Source: Candidatus Aminicenantales bacterium
Lineage (GTDB): Bacteria > Acidobacteriota > Aminicenantia > Aminicenantales > Saccharicenantaceae
DNA length: 44,786 nt
Direction of reading: 5' to 3'
Assembly (NCBI GenBank): GCA_049512315.1
Contig: JBEKXF010000025.1
Span: 1 to 44,786, forward strand
Each line of letters opens with the position of its first letter. Positions within the stretch are counted from its first letter, which is position 1. The position numbers were made by a program, and so were the translations under genes. Under the pieces are notes generated by a model. The model made no database searches. It had not been told where the DNA came from and saw nothing but the letters and a program-made list of their open reading frames with translations. This document shows positions 36,431-44,786 of this stretch, piece after piece.

Positions 36431-38928
36431 TTCTTCCCGAGCCTCCGTTCGATGAGGTCCGCGTCGACCCATTTTTTGGACCTCGGGTTGAAGCGAAGCG
36501 TCCTCACTTCGAACCCGCCTAGGCGGACCTTCTTGCTGATGCCGGACGCGGGAAGACGGAGCGTCGTCGTCCGGGGCTTCCCCGTAGGCTCGAAGAGGCG
36601 AATGACGATGTCGTTCCCGTCCTCGGACTTCTTGAAAGCCGTGACCTCGACGGCGGGTCCGTCGACGATGACTCCGGCCCTTGTTTTTTTGCCCTGCCCG
36701 GCCGGGCAGAAGGGAAGGACATAGGGCCTCTCGTTCCTGACGAGAGCCTCCCGGTCGATTCTCTCCAGCCGCTCGTCCAGAGGCCCGCCGTTGATCCAGA
36801 AGTGGAAAAGGCGTTCGCCCTGGTCCTGCCTCGGGATGAAGCGGTCCTCCGCGACAACGAGCCTGTCCTCCCAGGTATCGGCGGAGTAGGCGGGCGACCG
36901 GAGGAGCGAGAGCCGCAATTCCCTGTCACAGAAGTCTGACCCGTAGATGCAATCGTTGACGACGGTGAAGGCCGCGCCGTCCTTTTCCGAAAGCAGGGCC
37001 AGCCACTTCTGGGCGACGGCCTCGTCGCCGTTTGACGGAAGCTCGTCGGCGCCGAAGGCGACCTGGCCCATGAAGCGCGGCGCCCGGAGGAGCGACGGCA
37101 GGGAGAGCTTCAGCATCCTGTCCTTCTCGGCCCAGAAAACGCGGACCTCGCACTCGAGCTCGGTCCCTCTCTTCGGGACCTTGTAGCGGAGGGCGGCGGT
37201 TGATCTCCCGAACGAAAGGACGGCCTCGATGACCGTCCGGACGCCGCCGTCTTCGATGACCGTCACCGGGGGAACGAGCCCGCCGGCGAACCCGGAGAAC
37301 GCGGCGGCCTCCTCGGGCGTCGCCAGCCTGAACTCTCCGGCCAGGTTCCGGAAGCTCCGGACCTTCATCCCCCAGGGGTCGGCGTTGTCCTGGACGACCA
37401 GCGGCCGGAAGGACCCTTCCTTCAGATAATTGACGCCTTTGACCTCGTACCTGTCGAGAAGCCCCGTTCGGGCGTTGACGGCGGCCGTGAGGTCGGCGGT
37501 CCTGACCGTGACGGACCCGTCCTCCTCCCGGACGGCGGGTTTCGGTCTTGCGGCGACCGGTTCGAGCCGGCAATCGAACCTGTTCATCCGTGACGGCCGG
37601 AGCTCGGCTTCGAAGACGACCTTCTTCCGCCATTCGAGGCTGAGGTTGCTCGCCTCCTTCTCGACCTGGGACGCGAGGCCCTTGCCGCTTGCCGAGAGAC
37701 GCGGGTTCCAGAAGTCGGCCTTGGCATAGTTCGGCTCCCAAGGCTCGAACTCGCACTCGACGATCGCCCTGACCGCAAACGGGTGAGGGTTGTAAACGAA
37801 GAACGGCATCTCGCCGGCCGCGGCCTTTGGCTCGCCCGACGTCAGGGCGAAGAAGGCCCTGGCCTTGAGACGGGCCAGGATCTCGAGGCCGTGGTCGACC
37901 TGGCGGACGGCGGCTTCCTCGCCGGCGGGGATGGCCGAGCCAGGCAGGATGTCGTGGAACTCAGTCAAGGCCAGGTCCTCCATGACCCTCCTCAGGTCGT
38001 CCTGAGGGTAGCGCATCAGCCCTTGCGACCAGGCGGCCGTGATCATCTTCTCGGCGGAGAAGAGCTCGTTCTCGAGCCGGCGATGACCCTGCTTGACCCG
38101 GCTCATGGACGTGTAACAGCCCACGGCCCAGGGATTGATGTCTTTGGCCCGGCGGGGCAGGCAGGAGCGCATCGCCTCGAGCTCCTCGAAATAGGCGTCG
38201 GGGGTCGAATGAACGATCTCGAGGTCCGGCCGCTCGGCCTTAAGGCTTTCGAGGTCGCCGAGGTCTTTCCGCGAGGGCCCGCCGCCGTGGTTGCCGATCC
38301 CCCAGAGGTGGATGATCAGATCTTTGGCCGGGTTCTTCGCCAGCCATTCCTCGAGGCGCTCGCGCTCCTTCCCGCCGATAGAACAGTAATGGGCCGAGGC
38401 CCTGTTGGCCAGGACCTCGGACCCGTCATAGCCGACCCAGACGAATTCGTCGCCCGGGAGAGGGCACCAGGCATCGCTCGGCCGGCAGCACAGGTAGGCA
38501 CTGTAGCCGCTCTTCGCCAGGATCTGGACGAGGCCCCGGGTGTGGCCGAAAGGGTCCAGGTTGACCGCCGTCTTGGGCTCGACCCCGAATTTCTCCCTGA
38601 AATACCTTTTCCCGAGAATGATCTGACGGACGAAGGATTCGCCGCTCGGCATGTTGCAGTCGGGCTGGAGGTACCAGCCGCCCATGACGTGCCATTTCCC
38701 GGCGCGGACGAGCTTCTGGATCCTTTTGAAGAGGGCGGGCTCGTATTCCTCGACCCACTGGTAAAGGACCGCCTCGTTGTGGCAGAAGATATAGCCCCGG
38801 TAGTGCTCGCAGAATTCGGCGGCCTGGCGGAAGGTCGAGAGGGTTTCGCCGGCGCCCTCCTCCCATTCCCAGAGCCAGACCGGGTCCAGGTGGGCGTTCG
38901 AAACCAAGTGGATCTTTTTCCGGGCCAT
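36427..38928 (-). CDS. Alpha-mannosidase, GH38
   Basis: NAHLDPVWLW, GGWY.QPDCNMPSGES.VRQ, LDPFGH, G.GNHGGGP, EFHDILPGS. Confidence 0.93.
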   Translation of the reverse strand: MARKKIHLVSNAHLDPVWLWEWEEGAGETLSTFRQAAEFCEHYRGYIFCHNEAVLYQWVEEYEPALFKRIQKLVRAGKWHVMGGWYLQPDCNMPSGESFVRQIILGKRYFREKFGVEPKTAVNLDPFGHTRGLVQILAKSGYSAYLCCRPSDAWCPLPGDEFVWVGYDGSEVLANRASAHYCSIGGKERERLEEWLAKNPAKDLIIHLWGIGNHGGGPSRKDLGDLESLKAERPDLEIVHSTPDAYFEELEAMRSCLPRRAKDINPWAVGCYTSMSRVKQGHRRLENELFSAEKMITAAWSQGLMRYPQDDLRRVMEDLALTEFHDILPGSAIPAGEEAAVRQVDHGLEILARLKARAFFALTSGEPKAAAGEMPFFVYNPHPFAVRAIVECEFEPWEPNYAKADFWNPRLSASGKGLASQVEKEASNLSLEWRKKVVFEAELRPSRMNRFDCRLEPVAARPKPAVREEDGSVTVRTADLTAAVNARTGLLDRYEVKGVNYLKEGSFRPLVVQDNADPWGMKVRSFRNLAGEFRLATPEEAAAFSGFAGGLVPPVTVIEDGGVRTVIEAVLSFGRSTAALRYKVPKRGTELECEVRVFWAEKDRMLKLSLPSLLRAPRFMGQVAFGADELPSNGDEAVAQKWLALLSEKDGAAFTVVNDCIYGSDFCDRELRLSLLRSPAYSADTWEDRLVVAEDRFIPRQDQGERLFHFWINGGPLDERLERIDREALVRNERPYVLPFCPAGQGKKTRAGVIVDGPAVEVTAFKKSEDGNDIVIRLFEPTGKPRTTTLRLPASGISKKVRLGGFEVRTLRFNPRSKKWVDADLIERRLGKK

Positions 38929-38939
38929 CGTCAATCTCC

Positions 38940-40985
38940 TTAGCTTGGCAGGATCGCCTCAACTTTTGCGATTTGGGAATCCGCGGGGAGGGGGATTTCG
39001 ATTCCGGCCTTCCGATATGGATGAAACCTGCCTTCGATTCGGTAGCCGGGTTTTTCGCGGCGCCGGGCCTTTCTGACGGTCATCTCGAGCCGGCCGCCGC
39101 GGAGACGCACGGAGGCCTCGATCGACTTCAAGCCGCGAAGGAGCCGCGGCCGGAGCCGGAGGCTTTTCTCCGAGGGCCGGACGCCCAGGATGTGGTGGAT
39201 GAAAAGGAAGAGAATCTCGGCCCAGACCCAGGGGACGATGCCGACCTGGGGGTAGGGAGGGACGGGTCGCGGGCCGTAAAACTCGAACCACGTGCCGGAC
39301 CCTGACCCGGGCAGGCGGCCGAGCCACTCTAGGACGCGGCGAACCTTCCGGTCGTTCCCGGCTTCGAAGTTGGCTCGGGCAACGAACAGCGAGGCGAACG
39401 GCCACGGCCCGGGGGAGTCCGGCTCGGAGGTCACATGGTAGCGGCCGTAGCCGCCGCCGGTCCAGCGCTGGTCCCAGAGCAATTCGAGGGAAGCCAAGGT
39501 ACGGCGGGCGATGCGGCCGGCCGGCTCGACGAATTCCCAGGCGATGGGCAGGGCTGCCGAAGTGTCGGGGTTGAGGAGATGGCGGCCTTTTTCGAAGAGC
39601 GGCGCTTGGACAGGAAGGAGCGAGTCAGGCAGGGGTCTGACCTCCGCCTGGACCCGGCCATCGGTGCCGCGCCTCTTGATGAGCCGGCCGTTCTCGACGA
39701 GGGAGAATCGCCCCCGGCCGAGGGCCGTCTTTTTCAGGCGGGCGGACGCGTTCCGCCACGCCCGGGCCTTCCGGGCATCGCCCATCCGGCGGGCGAGGCG
39801 GGCCGCGGAATCCAGGCCCATGGAGACGAAGAGCTGGTGAGCCAGCTCCATCCCGTCGCGGATCCCGTGCGCGCTGTGACGTTCCCAGAACTCCCGCCGG
39901 TTCGAAAGAAGCCCCGAGCCCGGGTGGCGGAAAACCTTCCTGAGGGGGAAGTCGGCCGCCTTGATGATCTTGGCCCGATGGCGGGGGAGGAGACTCATGT
40001 CCCCCGTCCAGTTGATATAGTTCTCGAGGGCGAAAAGAAGGACCCCGTTCTGGTCGAACTCGCTCTCCTCCCACGACCGGAGCCGGCTCGAATCCATGGT
40101 CGCCCCTTCCTTGCTGACGAACCGATCGAGGAGCCGGTCGAGGATGGCCCGGGCCGGGCCGAACTGGCCGGACATGGCCAGGGCCATGGCGATGAAGGCC
40201 TGGTCCCTGACCCATTCGAGGTTGTATTGCCAGATCCCGCCGTCGAGCTTTCCCGAGCTCGCCACGGCCGCCCGGAGTCCGAATTTCGCTGCGGAGAAAA
40301 AGCGATCGAGGAGGAGTTCAGAGGCATGCCACGATGCGGTTTCCGCCCAGTACGTTGCCTCGTCCGGGTCGATCTCCAAGCTCGCGCCGAGCGAAAGCCT
40401 GACGGTCGGCTTGGAGCCGGCGTGGAGGATCCTGTACTCGAAAACGGCCGTCCTCTTTTCCCGGCCTTGGAACCGCAGGCTCTTTTCGAGAACGCGGCCC
40501 CTGACGCCCGTCCTGACGCCCGTCCTGACGCGCGCCCTGCATTCGCCAGGCTCGAGATGGGTCACCGTGACTTGCCGGATGAGCCGGGGAGTCTTACGGT
40601 CGGGGCAACAGAAAAGCTCGCTGACCTGGAATGGTCCATCCCGCCAGGCGACGTCGACCCGGGGCACCAGCCCCTCCAGGGCCCACTGGGCCCGGACGGA
40701 CTTCCCGGCAGGCCGATAAACGTTCCGGCCTTCGACGATCGAGATCTGCGTCGGAACGATTCCGGAAACGGGGTCGAAGGTCAGGGCGCGCCGCTTCGGC
40801 CCCAGCCGCTCGGGGTCCATGATGAGCAGGCCGGCCGCTGTGGCTCCGGGTGCGCCGCAGACTTGGACGGCCGCTTGGATCAGGCCATTCCCGAGGAAAA
40901 AGTATTCGACTCCCGGGAGGGTCGTCCTGGCGTCGGCGGGCCCTTTCGAGGGGTCGTCGGCATAGAAGTGTTCTTTGACTTCCAT
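38940..40985 (-). CDS. Six-hairpin (alpha/alpha)6 glycosidase, GH15-like
   Basis: Y.LEWVRD, E.DQNG, EFWER, GGYGRY...S, PWP and HHILGVRP motifs resemble GH15-type catalytic barrels. Exact family not determinable by eye. Confidence 0.65.
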   Translation of the reverse strand: MEVKEHFYADDPSKGPADARTTLPGVEYFFLGNGLIQAAVQVCGAPGATAAGLLIMDPERLGPKRRALTFDPVSGIVPTQISIVEGRNVYRPAGKSVRAQWALEGLVPRVDVAWRDGPFQVSELFCCPDRKTPRLIRQVTVTHLEPGECRARVRTGVRTGVRGRVLEKSLRFQGREKRTAVFEYRILHAGSKPTVRLSLGASLEIDPDEATYWAETASWHASELLLDRFFSAAKFGLRAAVASSGKLDGGIWQYNLEWVRDQAFIAMALAMSGQFGPARAILDRLLDRFVSKEGATMDSSRLRSWEESEFDQNGVLLFALENYINWTGDMSLLPRHRAKIIKAADFPLRKVFRHPGSGLLSNRREFWERHSAHGIRDGMELAHQLFVSMGLDSAARLARRMGDARKARAWRNASARLKKTALGRGRFSLVENGRLIKRRGTDGRVQAEVRPLPDSLLPVQAPLFEKGRHLLNPDTSAALPIAWEFVEPAGRIARRTLASLELLWDQRWTGGGYGRYHVTSEPDSPGPWPFASLFVARANFEAGNDRKVRRVLEWLGRLPGSGSGTWFEFYGPRPVPPYPQVGIVPWVWAEILFLFIHHILGVRPSEKSLRLRPRLLRGLKSIEASVRLRGGRLEMTVRKARRREKPGYRIEGRFHPYRKAGIEIPLPADSQIAKVEAILPS

Positions 40986-41012
40986 CGAGACGCTTATTAT
41001 ACACACCAAGCA

Positions 41013-41218
41013 GGGTCAAACCTACGGATTACGGCCGAATTACGGTGACACACAACTAATTACCGAAATAGGCACAGTTTTTTTTAGTGTATTTAGTTGT
41101 ATGTCACCGTTATAGAAAACCGCCCAAGTTGACGATATTTTTTGTCTATAAAGTTGATAATATTATAGTTGGAATGGGGTCAGGTCTCGCCAGAGTGCAA
41201 GAATGAAGATTTGACCCC
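41013..41218. repeat. AT-rich segment with stacked inverted repeats (REP/MITE-like)
   Basis: acggtgacacacaactaa (41042-41059) / ttagttgtatgtcaccgt (41093-41110); ggggtcaggtct (41176-41187) / agatttgacccc (41207-41218); gggtcaaacct (41013-41023). Confidence 0.65.
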
Positions 41219-41219
41219 G

Positions 41220-41420
41220 TCAGACCCTGGACGGGCCTCGGAGCATCCGGGTCGGGAGCATGATAATAGCCTTGAAGAGCTCGAAAACGGCCGTCACCGT
41301 TATCCCCAGCAGCCGAAGGGGGAGAAGGAGAAGCCAGACGATCGGGTAGAGAAGGAGCGCGAGAAGAGCCAAGGGCCAACAGAACACCAGAAGGATCAGC
41401 CACAGCAGGAATTTCGTCAT
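41220..41420 (-). CDS. Small (66 aa) hydrophobic membrane protein
   Basis: AAGGAG RBS, MTKFLLWLILLVFCWPLALLALLLYPIVWLLLLP, codon style typical of the window. Confidence 0.8.
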   Translation of the reverse strand: MTKFLLWLILLVFCWPLALLALLLYPIVWLLLLPLRLLGITVTAVFELFKAIIMLPTRMLRGPSRV

Positions 41421-41483
41421 TGTTTTTCTCCTTCATTTCAATTATACGCTTTGATTCCCCGAAAAGTTCATCGCATCATATAT

Positions 41484-41511
41484 TTGACCCGGGGAGCGAT
41501 TCGGGTAAAAT
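41484..41511 (+). promoter_or_regulatory. Sigma70-like promoter of the aldo/keto reductase gene
   Basis: TTGACC-N16-TAAAAT upstream of an AAGGAG RBS. Confidence 0.45.
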
Positions 41512-41534
41512 AGACCGGAAGGAGTACAGACATC

Positions 41535-42770
41535 ATGACGGATTCCAGAAAAAAGCTCGACCGGAGAGCGTTCTTTTCCAAGGCCCTGGCCGGAGCGGGA
41601 GCCGTGGCGGTCCTCGGCCGTCTGGGGAAACCCGCGGGTCTTGATGCTCAGACCTCCCCCGCCGCAGTCGCCGCCGGGCCGCTCCTGACCCGCGCCCTCG
41701 GCAAGACCGGGATCGCGCTCCCCGTCGTCAACATGGGCGTCATGAACGCGGATAATCCCGAGCTTGTCCGGAAGGCCTACGAGCTTGGGATCCGCCATTT
41801 TGACACGGCCGCAGGCTACCAGCGGGGCCGGAACGAGGAGATGGTCGGCCAGGTCCTCGAGGAGCTCAAAGGCCGCGATAAGTCCGTCATCGCCACCAAG
41901 GTCGCTATCCCCCCCGACAAGCGCGAATCCATGTCCCCGACCGAGCTTAAGGCCGCATTCATTAAGGTCTTCGAAGGCAGCCTCCGGAGGTTGAGGACCG
42001 ATTACGTCGACATGCTCTACATCCACGACGTCAGCCGGGTCGAAGACCTCCAGCGGAAAGGGTTCGAGGACGCCCTGGCCGAGCTCAAGGCCCAGAAGAA
42101 GATCCGCTTCGCCGGATTCTCGACCCATCGAAACATGGGGCCCTGCCTCGACGAGGCCGTCCGCGGCGGGTTCTATGAGGTCGTTCTCGTTGCCTTCAAC
42201 TACGCCATGTCCGAGGACGCCGGGCTGCGCCGCTCCCTCGAGAACGCGTCCGCCAAGGGGATCGGGCTCATCGCCATGAAGACCCAGTGCATGCAGTCCT
42301 GGTACAAAGAGGATCTTCCGGCCGAACAGCAGGCCTTATACGGCGGCTCCATTCTCCAGACCGCCGTTCTCAAGTGGGTGCTCCAGCACAAGTTCATCCA
42401 CGGCGCCGTCCCCGGCTTCACGACCTTCGGCGAGCTCGAGGAAAACGTCGCCGTGGGCCGCGACTTGGCCCTCACGCCCGAGGAAAAGCGGTTCCTGTCC
42501 GACCGGAAGATCAAGCTGGCCATGGCCCACTGCGTCCAGTGCGGTGGCTGCCTGGAAACCTGCCCCGCCGGCGTGGACATGCCGACTTTGATGAGGGCCC
42601 ACATGTACCTCCGCTACCCGAACGTCTTCCAGGCCAAGGACACGCTCGCCAGCCTGCCCTCCGGCCGGGGCCTCGACCGGTGCGTTTCGTGCGACTCGTG
42701 CCAAGCCCGGTGCCGGGGCCGGATCGACATCGGGAAGAGGATCGAGCAGCTCAAGCTCCATTTCGCCTGA
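41535..42770 (+). CDS. Aldo/keto reductase with Tat-like leader and C-terminal Fe-S domain
   Basis: LDRRAFF twin-arginine leader; RALGKTG, GIRHFDTAAGY, IATK, SLRRLRTDYVD; CVQCGGCLETCP and CVSCDSCQARC. Confidence 0.9.
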   Translation: MTDSRKKLDRRAFFSKALAGAGAVAVLGRLGKPAGLDAQTSPAAVAAGPLLTRALGKTGIALPVVNMGVMNADNPELVRKAYELGIRHFDTAAGYQRGRNEEMVGQVLEELKGRDKSVIATKVAIPPDKRESMSPTELKAAFIKVFEGSLRRLRTDYVDMLYIHDVSRVEDLQRKGFEDALAELKAQKKIRFAGFSTHRNMGPCLDEAVRGGFYEVVLVAFNYAMSEDAGLRRSLENASAKGIGLIAMKTQCMQSWYKEDLPAEQQALYGGSILQTAVLKWVLQHKFIHGAVPGFTTFGELEENVAVGRDLALTPEEKRFLSDRKIKLAMAHCVQCGGCLETCPAGVDMPTLMRAHMYLRYPNVFQAKDTLASLPSGRGLDRCVSCDSCQARCRGRIDIGKRIEQLKLHFA

Positions 42771-42843
42771 TGATTATCGGAGAGGGTGTCCGGGTGATCC
42801 TCGTCAGCGGAATCCCCGCCGAATTAGCTATCCTGCCTGACGA

Positions 42844-43881
42844 TCAACTGATCCCGGCCGAGAATTCGTCGAGGGCGGCCCGGAGGGCCAGGACGTTGGC
42901 GGGGTCGGTGTCGTAGGCCACGACGCCGCATCCGAAGGAGAGGCCGGGTTGGCCCGCGGTAGCTCCGAGGAGGCGCAGCGCTTCGGCCCGGATCTCGTCG
43001 GGGCGGCCCCGGTGGACGAGCCGGGCGTCGATACTGACCCGGAACGGGCGGCGCTCCTCCCGGCACCTTTTTTTGAAGGCCTCGATATCCGCTCCCGCGT
43101 CGCAGAGGAGCTGGGTCGCCCCGGTCCGGAGCAGGTCATCCAGGATGGGCGTCGTATCGCCGCCGATGATCAGGGGCACGGGCCTCGCCCCCGCGGCGGA
43201 TAAACCCGGCATGACCAGGTCGCGGTAGACGGGCAGGACGAGATCGTGGAAGACGCCGGGCGAAGCCGCCCCCGGCGAGGCCTTGGAATCGAAAATGGCG
43301 ACATCGACGCCCTTCTCCCGGAAGGCCCTTCCGTAGGCGACCGTCACCCGGCCGCAGAAATCCAGGAGCCTTGCGATCGACGAGGGGTCGTCCGCCGTCT
43401 CCACGAGGACCGCCTCCGTCCCCAGCAGGGCGCAGGCCAGGGAGAAAGGACCGCACACGGCACCTCTGACGGGCACCTCCGAGCCCAGCTCGCGGCGGAG
43501 GCGGTCGGCCGTTTCGAGAAAGAGGGGCATCCGGCCGTCCCTTTCCGGGTCCGGAACCCTCAGCTCATCGACCGCGACCGCGCCCCCGAGAAGGGGAGAG
43601 GCGACGGCCGGGACGTCGTTCGAGTCCTCGAAATAACGAACCCGGCAGCCGAGCGCCTCGGCTTCGACATTGTAGACGTCGATGCCGACAGTCAGCACGT
43701 CGGGGTCGTAGATCTCGAACTCCCTGAGAAGGGCCTCATGAAGCAGTCCGTCGTCGCGGCAGACCTCCGAAGGCGTCCGGCCGACGAGGGCGGCCTTATG
43801 CTCGTAGACGGCGGGGACGAAGGGAGGGCGGTCGGGGATGCCGAAGCCGTACGTCTTTTCGACCCGCTCGCGCTTGGTCAT
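42844..43881 (-). CDS. UroD/MtaA-CmuA-fold protein
   Basis: MTKRERV, DRPPFVP, D.YNVEAEALGC, PDPE.DGRMP, GPFSLA..L.G, FGCGVV.YDT.P.N. Confidence 0.85.
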   Translation of the reverse strand: MTKRERVEKTYGFGIPDRPPFVPAVYEHKAALVGRTPSEVCRDDGLLHEALLREFEIYDPDVLTVGIDVYNVEAEALGCRVRYFEDSNDVPAVASPLLGGAVAVDELRVPDPERDGRMPLFLETADRLRRELGSEVPVRGAVCGPFSLACALLGTEAVLVETADDPSSIARLLDFCGRVTVAYGRAFREKGVDVAIFDSKASPGAASPGVFHDLVLPVYRDLVMPGLSAAGARPVPLIIGGDTTPILDDLLRTGATQLLCDAGADIEAFKKRCREERRPFRVSIDARLVHRGRPDEIRAEALRLLGATAGQPGLSFGCGVVAYDTDPANVLALRAALDEFSAGIS

Positions 43882-43887
43882 GCGAGA

Positions 43888-44511
43888 TCAGAAGAAGATC
43901 GAGGCGATCGTGTAAATGCCCAACAAGCCCAGGGCCAACCCCAGATAAAGCAGGATCTTCCGGAACATCTCGGGGTGGATCTTGGATTGACGCCGCGACA
44001 CGAACCGGACGAGGAGAACGTACCAGAGGAATGATCCCAGCCCGCAGGTCGCGGCGAAGGCGATGGCCGTCCAGCCGGTGTTATGGACCAGGTTGTGACC
44101 GGTCATGGTCCCGGCCACGGCGAACCAGAACATGTACAGGGAGGGGTTGGTCACATAGAGAAATAAGACGCCGAGGATGGGCCGGTGCGACGCCGCCGGG
44201 ATCTTGTCGCCGTTCTGGGGAAGGCTGAAGGTCTTGGAGTCGCGGACGAGCCGGTAGCTGATGAGGAGGATGATCAGCCCCGCGACGACCTTCATGACCG
44301 ACATGAGGGTCGGGCTGACCCTGAACTTGATCTGGAAAAACCCCATCAGGGCGATGAGGCAATAGGCCATGTCCAGGACGGCCGTGGTGATCCCGGCCAG
44401 GATGCCGTGGAAGAAATCCCGCTTGAGGGTCTGGGAAACGACGAAGACGTTGACCGGCCCCAGGGGGATGGCGGCGACAAAGCCGATGACCAGGCCGATG
44501 ACGATGAACAT
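43888..44511 (-). CDS. LysE family transporter
   Basis: GLVIGFVAAIPLGPVNV, G...G...LD, TNP...FW; about 6 TM helices. Confidence 0.88.
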   Translation of the reverse strand: MFIVIGLVIGFVAAIPLGPVNVFVVSQTLKRDFFHGILAGITTAVLDMAYCLIALMGFFQIKFRVSPTLMSVMKVVAGLIILLISYRLVRDSKTFSLPQNGDKIPAASHRPILGVLFLYVTNPSLYMFWFAVAGTMTGHNLVHNTGWTAIAFAATCGLGSFLWYVLLVRFVSRRQSKIHPEMFRKILLYLGLALGLLGIYTIASIFF

Positions 44512-44643
44512 AACCGCCCAGTTTATAACAAAACCTCACCCGGGAGTCAATGAATGAACAGACGGGGATTCGGGGGCGGAAAAGATCGTATCAGGCGGGA
44601 GAAGGCATGGCGGGGGTGTCCGGCTGGGCCGGCCCGGCCCCTC

Positions 44644-44786
44644 CTACATCTTGGGCGAGGCGGACGCCTGGTCGCCGGCGTCCTCGTCCTCCGACTCGAC
44701 CTCGATGCCCAGGAGCTTGGCCGTGCCTTCATAGACCATCTTCAGGGATTTCTTGGATTCCTGAAGCTCGGCCAGGCGTCTCCGGA
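44644..44786 (-). CDS. C-terminal end of a hypothetical protein (partial)
   Basis: Manual translation gives ...RRRLAELQESKKSLKMVYEGTAKLLGIEVESEDEDAGDQASASPKM, stop at 44646-44644, with typical GC3-rich codons. Confidence 0.7.
   Translation of the reverse strand, partial: RRRLAELQESKKSLKMVYEGTAKLLGIEVESEDEDAGDQASASPKM

Noticed and set aside
40500..40530. 12-bp tandem repeat (cctgacgcccgt, about 2.5 copies) in the GH15-like gene
   Set aside because: In-frame micro-duplication (VRTGVRTGVRG) with no frameshift potential; likely neutral slippage.

Overview
GC-rich bacterial chromosomal window with about 39 CDS. I see no rRNA, tRNA, CRISPR array, integrase or transposase. The gene content (TonB C-terminal domains with GGVxGGV linkers, a Tat-signal aldo/keto reductase, a corrinoid protein, several UroD-fold proteins, exported hydrolases) fits an anaerobic diderm such as Candidatus Aminicenantes; this is inference only. 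The left third is regulatory and envelope related: two PAS-GGDEF proteins (one degenerate), an XRE-ImmA/IrrE regulator, an S66 LD-carboxypeptidase, a stand-alone RpoD-like sigma factor, an MsrB-MsrA fusion, and a cluster of TPR lipoprotein, ECF sigma, zinc anti-sigma and a four-domain TonB protein. The right two-thirds is catabolic: a TIM-barrel/OYE/FAD-protein/SDR operon divergent from a corrinoid protein plus UroD-fold gene, a C69 peptidase with an SSS symporter, rlmN, an exported GH42, an rlmD-like gene, and a GH15-like/GH38/UroD-fold/Gfo-Idh-MocA operon. Best leads: (1) an orphan sigma70 promoter driving a ~71-nt stem-closed RNA with an anti-Shine-Dalgarno-like loop at 8.3 kb; (2) a glycosidase-linked corrinoid/UroD-fold system, possibly removing methyl groups from sugars; (3) the ECF-linked four-domain TonB protein; (4) a sigma54-like promoter upstream of the RpoD paralogue; (5) two palindromic intergenic elements at 29.1 and 41.0 kb. 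All calls come from reading motifs by eye; no searches were run.
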